A stretch of 64,000 nucleotides of DNA from positions 4,882,352 to 4,946,351 of the forward strand of contig NC_057750.1 in the NCBI RefSeq assembly GCF_004010195.1, read 5' to 3'. A program made the position numbers and the translations under genes. This document shows, piece after piece, positions 38,385 through 64,000 of this stretch. The stretch comes from Chiloscyllium plagiosum. Lineage: Eukaryota. Position 1 is the first letter of the stretch. Each line of letters starts with the position of its first letter. Under the pieces are notes generated by a model. The model made no database searches. It saw nothing but the letters and a program-made list of their open reading frames with translations, and was not told the origin of the DNA.

Positions 38385-41300
38385 AAGCTGTAATTACATT
38401 GGGTGAGACAGCAATTTTAAAACTTACTGGTGGCTAAATATGTTGATTATATTGAGCTGCTGTTTCAGGAAAGTCCAGAGTGGTTACTAACTGGTTAGCA
38501 CAGGCTATCTCGTGTACAGTCATTAAAATTGTGTCCCAAGCGCTACTATTTTCTCCCTACACTTCTCGTCCTTTATGTCCACTTTCAAGGAACCCCTTGT
38601 GTTGCCACACTGTCCTAATACTGAAGCGGTATTGACAAGTGTTAAATAACTACTTCTGGGTTTGATCATCTCTCTGGCCAGAGAATCAAATTTGTGACTC
38701 CGGATTAGTATGTACAGGGGCCAGGGCCAGTGACACTGACACTCCACAATGTACCTGGACTCGCTCGGTTTATCTCATAACTAGTACATATGCAAAGGAA
38801 TTGAATGAAACAAAGGACGAGTCAACTTTTTCCAATCGGGACATTTTTTGTTGTTTTTGGATTGTGCAAACACTGCTAACCCTTGACAAATCAAAAACCT
38901 GTGTAAAATGAGACAACAGGTATCATTCCCTCGCATGTAGGAATGGCTTAATTATTCCATCATGCTGTGCCATTCTAGATCAGGACCCAAGGGGCAAATT
39001 TTTCATGCAGAGGGTAATGCGTGTATGGAATGAGCTGCCAGGTGGAAGCTGGTAACGATTACAGCTTTTAAAAGGCATCTGGATGATACATGAATAGGAA
39101 GGGTTAAGAGGGATAGGGCCACGTGCTGGCAACTGAGACTAAATTAGGTTAGGATATCCAGGTGGCACATAGTTGGACTGAAGGGGGTGGGTGAGAAAAG
39201 AATTGGAACAATGTCTCTCCAGCAGAGAGCTGGCACAAAGTGGGCTAAATGGCCACTGTCTGTAATACAGCCACTTGCAATCATGGGAAGTATTGCGGGT
39301 TNNNNNNNNNNNNNNNNNNNNNNNNNNNNNNNNNNNNNNNNNNNNNNNNNNNNNNNNNNNNNNNNNNNNNNNNNNNNNNNNNNNNNNNNNNNNNNNNNNN
39401 NNNNNNNNNNNNNNNNNNNNNNNNNNNNNNNNNNNNNNNNNNNNNNNNNNNNNNNNNNNNNNNNNNNNNNNNNNNNNNNNNNNNNNNNNNNNNNNNNNNN
39501 NNNNNNNNNNNNNNNNNNNNNNNNNNNNNNNNNNNNNNNNNNNNNNNNNNNNNNNNNNNNNNNNNNNNNNNNNNNNNNNNNNNNNNNNNNNNNNNNNNNN
39601 NNNNNNNNNNNNNNNNNNNNNNNNNNNNNNNNNNNNNNNNNNNNNNNNNNNNNNNNNNNNNNNNNNNNNNNNNNNNNNNNNNNNNNNNNNNNNNNNNNNN
39701 NNNNNNNNNNNNNNNNNNNNNNNNNNNNNNNNNNNNNNNNNNNNNNNNNNNNNNNNNNNNNNNNNNNNNNNNNNNNNNNNNNNNNNNNNNNNNNNNNNNN
39801 NGAAAGCAGCCATGAGAGGGGTCAGATCAACCATGGTCCTGAGAATGGAGGGGCTGAATGGCCGACTCCTCTTCCCATTTCCCATGGTCTCAACTACAAG
39901 AGACTGTGTGTAATTTTGTTGGCCATTTCTTGCACTCGTTTAGCAATCCACACTCCCTCTTGGTACCTGCATATTACTGTGGAACCTCTAATGGGTTGCA
40001 TGGGGAAGATTAGAGTTGCTGTCAGTTAGCAGATACTGATGTGCGATGGTATGAACAAGTTGGACCAAAGGGTCTGTTTCCATTCTACCACCACTACGAC
40101 TGTACAAGACACTACCTCTAAGTACAGCACCCTTACAAATATGAGGATCTCTGCAATTTCTTAATGTGATACTTGTTACACTGAGGTCCTATTAAGCCAC
40201 TGCTCATGGCTATTATTACCAGAAAATCCACGCTTGTGGTATATCATGTTTATCTATCTTGTACTGACCTGTTCTCCTAGAGACAGGAGCAGGACAGTCA
40301 GCCTGCTCAGAACTTGCTCTGCCACCTCAGTCATAGAGATGTACAGCACAGACAGACCCTTCAGTCCAAGTGGTTGTTTAAAAGGTGTCTTTAGCAATGG
40401 TTCCAACAAGGCTGTGACAACTGAGGGAGGGTCACTCAACCTGAAACGTTAACTCTGATTTCTCTCCACTGCTGTCAGACCCGCAGAGCTTTTTCCAGCA
40501 ATTTCTGGTTTTGTTTCTGATTCCTAGCATCCACAGTCCTTTGGATTTTTATTATAAGAATGTCCTTGCATTGAGGGGACAGTGGAGGGAGGGTACATTG
40601 CATGCGGCAGAATGTGATGTGTTCCATATCCTGTTGGCATACATTTGCAAAGATATTTTTTTCTCCCTTGACCCAGTTTATATTTGACAGCCAAGATGGA
40701 AACCAAGATATTTGTACTATTTTTGGGATATGGGCAGGACACTAGGGCATTTGGTGAAATATCAAGACTGTCCCATAGCAAAACCAGAGGCCCAGTCACA
40801 CTGGATCATAAAGCGAGGGAGGAGAACTAGGCCATTCAGTCAAGATTAGATCCCGACAGTGTGGGAACAGGCCCTTTGGCCCAACGAGTCCACACCGACT
40901 CTCCAAAGAGTAACCCACCCAGACCCATTCCCATACATTTACCCCTGACTAATGCACTTAAACTACATACTACGTTGCCCGTGGCATTCAGGGACATGGC
41001 CAATTCACCGAACCTGCACATCTTTGGATTGTGGAGGAAATAAGAGGAAGCCCACGCAGACACGGGGAGAATGTGCAAACTCCACACACGGTCCGCCGAG
41101 GCTGGGCTCGAACCCACATCCCTGGTGTTCTGAGGCAGTAGTTAGATTAGATTACAGTGTGGAAACAGGCCCTTCAGCCCAACAAGGCCACACCGACCCG
41201 CCGAAGCGCAACCCACCCATACCCCTACATTTACCCCTTACCTAACACTACGGACAATTTAGCATGGCCAATTCACCTGGCCTGCACATCTTTGGACTGT

Positions 41301-42295
41301 TGGTGTTAACTACTAAGCTACCATGTAGCCCCAGTCTGTTCTACTATTCCAGGATTTCATATCTAAAGCGATAGAAGTTTGCTTAGAAGAGATGAAACCA
41401 ATTATTCACACTAACAAACATACAAAATGACTTGCAAAAATAGGCTTGCTTATGATTGCTGAAATGGAAGTCAAACTTCACATTGTAAAACATGACTGGA
41501 AAAATAAAAACATTGAAACAGGCCAATAGCAGTTTGCTATACAAGATTTTAGTTTAAAAAAACTGCACTATTAGTTTTCTTTTAGAATTTAATTGTTCTG
41601 TTTTTAATTGTTCATTGCTGTAGCAAGTCCTTACAATAAATGCACAATATTTAATGAAACAATGATAAGTGAGCAGAGGGCAAAATTGCTCCCACTTTTA
41701 AATGGATTACAAATCAGAGGGCACAATTTTAAGATGCCTTGTAAAGGAAGTAAATGTGGGGTAAGGAACTCTTTAACAACTAATAGTTTGAGGCTGGAAT
41801 ATAATGTCTGGAAGTATGGAGATAGGTTCAATTGAGGCATTCAAGAGGGCAGTGGATTATTATCTAAAGTGCCGGGTTACTGAGCAACAACCAAAGAACT
41901 GCAGATTCTGAAAATCTGAAACAAAACACTGTCTCAGGCCAGCTGCAGTGTTCTAGTGAAGTTCAGCACAAGCTGAAAGAACAGTACCTCGTTATCTAGA
42001 TGGGGATCCTGCTGCTCAATATCGAGTTTAATTTTCAGGCCTGAGTGTCTTCCATGTCCTTTACCCACCCCAACGCCTTGTCATCAGAGTCTGCTTTCTT
42101 CAGAACCAACCCATTTCTGTCCACTGATGGTCCTATTTTCAGCATTTCTGTCTCCCTAGCTCATACCATCTATTCCTTTGTCTGCTCAATTGCTTCCCCC
42201 CTCTCTCTGAGCTCCATCTCCACCTTTTATCCACTCCCTTTTCACACCAGTCTTCAGCATAAATACCACCTTTTTCCTAGCTACAATGAGTTCTT

Positions 42296-43115
42296 TTTTT
42301 AAATAGCTATTTTTATTAGAAATTTAACATTTTTACAAGTTTACAAAAATAAACAAAACTCTCAAATATAAACATTGATATACAATTAAATCAAATACAC
42401 AATAGCCAAAATTTAACAAAAGAAAAAAAAACTGAAAAAGAAAAAAAAACAAAACTCAACTATCTACTAATCTAACCTACAACTAACCAGAGTGTATATT
42501 TAAGTCTCTTACATGCTCGGAATGTGTTAACATCAGATGTACTAAAACCCATATTCGTGCGGGATTCCTCTCCCAAGGGGCCCCGGACCAGCCAGGTTTG
42601 TAATCTCAATTAAATAAAAGCCCTTGTTAGGATAGCCGAAATATCTGTATTTATGTAATTCAAGAAGGGCTGCCATATTTTATAAAATAATTCGGTCTTT
42701 CGGTGCACCATATTTGTAAGGAAGTCAAGGGGAATACATTCCATAATTATTCTGTGCCAATTTGAAAGTCCAGGGGGGCCCTCAGCCACCCAGTTCACCA
42801 AAATATTTTTCCTTGCACAGAAAGAAAGAATAGAAAATAGTCTCTTCCCGTACATGTCCAGGGAGGGAAAGTTCGAAAAGCCCAAAAGGAGAGATACCGG
42901 GTCCACTTTAATTTCCGTTCCTAAAATTTCTGTCAGGGTACTTGCTACTTTAGTCCAATATCTACAGATCTTATGACAGGTCCATAGGCAATGTACAAGA
43001 GTGCCCACCTCTATTTTGCATTTGGGACACATTGGAGATGCTCCTGCCTTAAATCTTGCCAGTCGAACTGGTGCTATATGGGCCCTATGAAGTATCTTCA
43101 GCTGGATAGCCTGGG
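42296..43115 (-). mobile_element. 5'-truncated L1-clade LINE with 13-bp TSD
   Basis: ORF2 C-terminal Cys/His motif (CPKC...GTLVHCLWTC..I..YW), AATAAA and A-tail. TSD ACAATGAGTTCTT at 42283-42295 and 43116-43128, at a TCTT/AA L1-type target. Confidence 0.88.
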
Positions 43116-43676
43116 ACAATGAGTTCTTAAGTGTCACTGGACTCGAAAAGTTAACTCTACTTCTCTTCAGATACTGCCAGACCTGAAATTTTCCAGAAAT
43201 GTTGTTTTATTACACGTGCTCGGAGAGCAGTACTGAGTTAGAGATGCCTGTGTTGGACTGAGGTGTGCAAAGTTAAAAATCACAACAGGTTATAGTCAGA
43301 GACCAATACAGTCATGATGACCTGAACAGCCTCCTGCATTCGAACGATCGTCTGATAGTGAATTCCAAATATTTAATGTGCAGCCTGGTTTTTTTTAAAA
43401 TTAGATTAGATTACATACAGTGTGGAAACTGGCCCTGAAGCGCAACCTATTTATATCCCCACCCATACCCCTACATTTACCCCTTACCTAACACTACAGG
43501 CAATTTAACATGGCCAATTCACCTAACCTGTACATCTTTGGACTGTGGGAGGAAACCGGAGTACCCGGAGGAAACTGCAAACTCCACACAGTCAGTCGCC
43601 TGAGGCGGGAATTGAACCCGGGTCTCTGGCGCTGTGAGGCAGCAGTGCTAACCACTGTGCCGCCCAGTAAGTTACA

Positions 43677-44612
43677 ACGCAGCATTTTTGTTAGGGACGT
43701 GTCACTGACAATAACAAGACGCCATTTTTGATAGGGGCATTTAAACAGATTTGGCGCTGTGAGGCAGCAGTGCTAACCACTGTGCCGCCCACTGTGCCTG
43801 CTAGTAAGTTACAACGCAGCATTTTTGTTAGGGACGTGTCACTGACAATAACAAGACGCCATTTTTGATAGGGGCATTTAAACAGATTTGGTAAGCCGCC
43901 ATCTTTAAATAGAGGCGCATCGCATGGACGGAGGGAACGCCATCTTTGATAGGGGCATTCTTCCACACGGCGCAGTCGCCATCATTGATAGGGGTATAGA
44001 TCAGGGCGACTGTCCTGCCTATCCTATGCTGCTTGACTTGCTCCACGTTTCATCGGCTGACTTTCCAGCATCTGCCGTCCACACCATCTGCAACTAAGGG
44101 TAGTTGTCAGCAATGGACCATGTTTAATTTCGGCATAGCGTTGGTGTGATGCCACATTTGATGTGGGCGTGTTATAGAAGCCGACGTGTCGCCATCTTTG
44201 ATCGGGGCGTGTTGCGTCATCCGACGTGACGCCATATTTGTTAGGGACCTGTCAAAGAAACCGATCTGCCGCCATCTTTGATAGGGCGTGTCATTGGTGT
44301 CAGCGAGGCGCCATGTTTATTAGGGGCAGGTCTTCGGGACGCCATCGTTGATAGGGGCGTGTCGTGGAAGGCGACAAAACGCCATCCTTGTTATGGGGTT
44401 AAAAATCTCCCAACGCCAAGTTGTAGTCCAACAGGTTTATTCGGACGCACTAGCTTTCGGAGTGCTGCACCTTCATCAGGTGGTTGTGGGGGCGGAGGGG
44501 GCGTACCTTCGAGACGCCATCATTGATAGAGTCGCGTCATGAAAGTCGCCAGGCGCCATCTTTGTTGGGGGCGCGTCGCGGAAGCCGTTGGGACGCCATC
44601 TTTGTTAGGGGC
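43677..44612 (+). promoter_or_regulatory. KPTN promoter CpG island with a ~40-bp-period array of CGCCATnTTTG(A/T)TAGGGG (YY1-like core)
   Basis: 14 same-strand CGCCAT cores at 43720, 43857, 43897, 43938, 43977, 44190, 44230, 44270, 44309, 44340, 44380, 44515, 44554 and 44594. Confidence 0.7.
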
Positions 44613-44716
44613 ACGAAGGTCTTCACGCGACGGTGAATTGAGTCGAGTGAGGATGGGCCGAGGGGTCCTGGAGCCGAGGTCGATGTAACTCTCCTTCCCC
44701 GCCCCTCCCCTTCCTT

Positions 44717-61981
<17,265 letters not shown>

Positions 61982-62883
61982 CGAGGTGAGCTTTTGCTCG
62001 CATAACCCCCCCCTCTCCCCCAACCCCGCTTCAAATGGTGACCCATGTTTCACCCCCACTCCACACAAAAGCAGCGGGGATTCATTTCTCACATCAGCGG
62101 TTTGCACAGCCTCTGGGTCCGGAGGAGCTGAAGCCTCTGACCTGAAGGTACCCGTGGAATAGTGCAGTCTGGAAGTCGCTGAGCGAAAGACGGTTTCGAA
62201 TCCTTCCATCTTGTACTTCAGAGTTGTTTGAGCTCGAAAGCTTGTGGACCAGAGGCCCGTGTTTCAGTGGTGCTCCAGGATAGTCTCTCGACATTCAAAT
62301 GTGCCCCTGTTCATTCATCGCCTTTCCAAATGAAGTCGCTGCGTGGACGGTTCCCCCCCCACCCCCAAGCTTTGGCGGGCGGGGGTCTATTGTCATTGCA
62401 CCTTCCTAAGTTCTCTCTAGAGACTTGCACCAAAAAAAACAAGAGACCCCTTTCCAAGCGTTGTAACAGCAGGAGGAGCGCTGCACAGCCAGAGGAGCCA
62501 ACGTTCGCATGATACAACAACTCAATTCGCCTTTCAGTCAGATGGAAACCTGCGACACCTGACCTTTGAAAGAGGCGGACTGGAGAGATCCCCCCCCAGC
62601 ATGCCAGGTGTATATTTAATCTCAGTCAGCATCGGATTCTTACATCACCTTGCTGCTAGAGACAGCTAGCTCTTTGCCAAACAGCTGCTCCATTTCCAAC
62701 CTTACAGCGATGGCCAATTATTTTTAAGGGAAATGTTTAATTGACTGCAAAGCGTTTTAGGATGCTACTGAAATGCAAGTCATTCCTTCGCCCATGTAAT
62801 GTTTCAGAAATAATATTCACTGTGCTGCAAGCGTTAGTTTAATTTAAAAATAATTAGAACTGTGGCACGTCTGGGTGGATTGC

Positions 62884-62894
62884 AATAAAATAAA
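62884..62894 (+). terminator. Probable KPTN polyadenylation signal (overlapping AATAAA x2)
   Basis: AATAAAATAAA ~0.9 kb after the stop, followed by a GT/T-rich tract. Confidence 0.65.
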
Positions 62895-63169
62895 AATGGT
62901 TTGGAATGTTCCACAAATGTTTTTTTTTTGCAGGAGGGTCGAAGTGCTTTGGTCCTGAAATCTGTGTTTGTATTTGGCGCTAGGCTGTTCAGGACTGATA
63001 GTTACTGGGTCTGCAGTCAACAGAAAACTGGGAGCTGCAGGAGACAGCAACTTGAATTAATCAGAATATGTTGGATCCTGAACTGTGTCACCTCTTCCGA
63101 GCAGCAGATGGCGCAGTTGTTTCACTTTTCACAGTATCAGGAGACGGGCTCTGTGATGTAATGAGTTTA

Positions 63170-63990
63170 AGGGCTTGACCAGAGCAGGGGCAGATGGAGT
63201 ACAACGTGGGAAAGTGTGAGGTCATGCACCTCGGTAGGAAGAATAGAGGCATGGGCTGTTTTCGAAACAGGGAGAAAGTTCAGAAGTCTGAAGTGCAAAG
63301 AGACTTGGGAGTTCTTGTTCAGGATTCTCTCAGAGTAAACTTGTAGGTTGAGTCAGTAGTTAGGGAGGCGATTACAATGGTGGCATTTATTTTGAGAGGA
63401 CTTGAAAATAACAGCAGAGATGTACCTCTGAGGCTCTACAAGGCTCTGGTGAGACCACTTTTGGAGTATTGTGCACAGTTTGGGCCCCATACCTCAGGAA
63501 GGATGTACAGCCCCGGAGTGGGTTCAGAGGAGATTCACGAGAATGGTCCCAACTTTGAAAAGCTTAACATATGAGGAACGTTTGAGGACTCTGGGTCTAT
63601 ACTTGATGGAGTTTAGAAGGATAAGGGGGGATCTGATTGAAGCATACAGAATACTGAATGGCCTGGACAGAGTGGATGTTGGGAAGATGTTTCCATGGGT
63701 AGGAGAGCCTTAAAGTAAAGGGAAGACCTTATAGAACGGAGATAAGGAGAAACTCCTTCAGCCAGAGAGTGGGGAATGTGTGGAATTCACTGTCACAGGA
63801 GGCTGTGGAGGCCGGGTCATTGAGTGTATTTAAGACTGAGATAGATAGGTTCTTGATTGTAAAGGGGATCAAAGGTAATGGGGAGAGAGCGGGAGAACGG
63901 GGTTGAGAAACGTATCAGCCATGGTTGCATGGAGGGGCAAACTCAATGGGCTGAATGGCCTGATTTCTGTTCCTATGTTTTATGGTCTTA
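63170..63990 (+). mobile_element. CR1 LINE 3' portion
   Basis: LYKALVRPLLEYCAQF, LTYEERLRTLGLY, RRIRGDLIEAYRIL. Confidence 0.9.
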
Positions 63991-64000
63991 ATTCATGACA

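Noticed and set aside
40141..40200. SECIS-like stem ATGA-GGATCTC...GAGGTCC
   Set aside because: It lacks the 3' GA of the non-Watson-Crick quartet. A similar hairpin at ~41452-41500 is out of register.
43677..44612. CRISPR-like repeat-spacer appearance of the 40-bp array
   Set aside because: Eukaryotic context, degenerate repeats, very short spacers and no cas genes. It is better explained as a transcription-factor site array.

Overview
Vertebrate genomic DNA, most likely an elasmobranch (shark) judging from dense CR1-type LINEs and HE1-like tRNA-derived SINEs. The window is repeat-rich and has four N-gaps plus one short N-run. Two spliced genes on the + strand can be rebuilt by hand. (1) A selenoprotein W-like gene (5 coding exons, 28366-38384, 91 aa, in-frame TGA = Sec13) that the ORF track cannot show as a gene. 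Its redox motif reads G-N-S-U rather than C-x-x-U and the protein contains no cysteine. (2) KPTN/kaptin (12 exons, 44717-61981). Its promoter holds a 40-bp-period array of YY1-like CGCCATnTT motifs, and its exon-1 donor site is tandemly duplicated. The window also carries many Penelope-like (GIY-YIG) remnants with minimal hammerhead ribozyme motifs, often as inverted pairs flanked by ~14-bp target-site duplications. CR1, Rex1/Babar, L1 and Tx1 LINE fragments and two nested MITEs make up much of the rest. All calls are from reading by eye; no searches were run.
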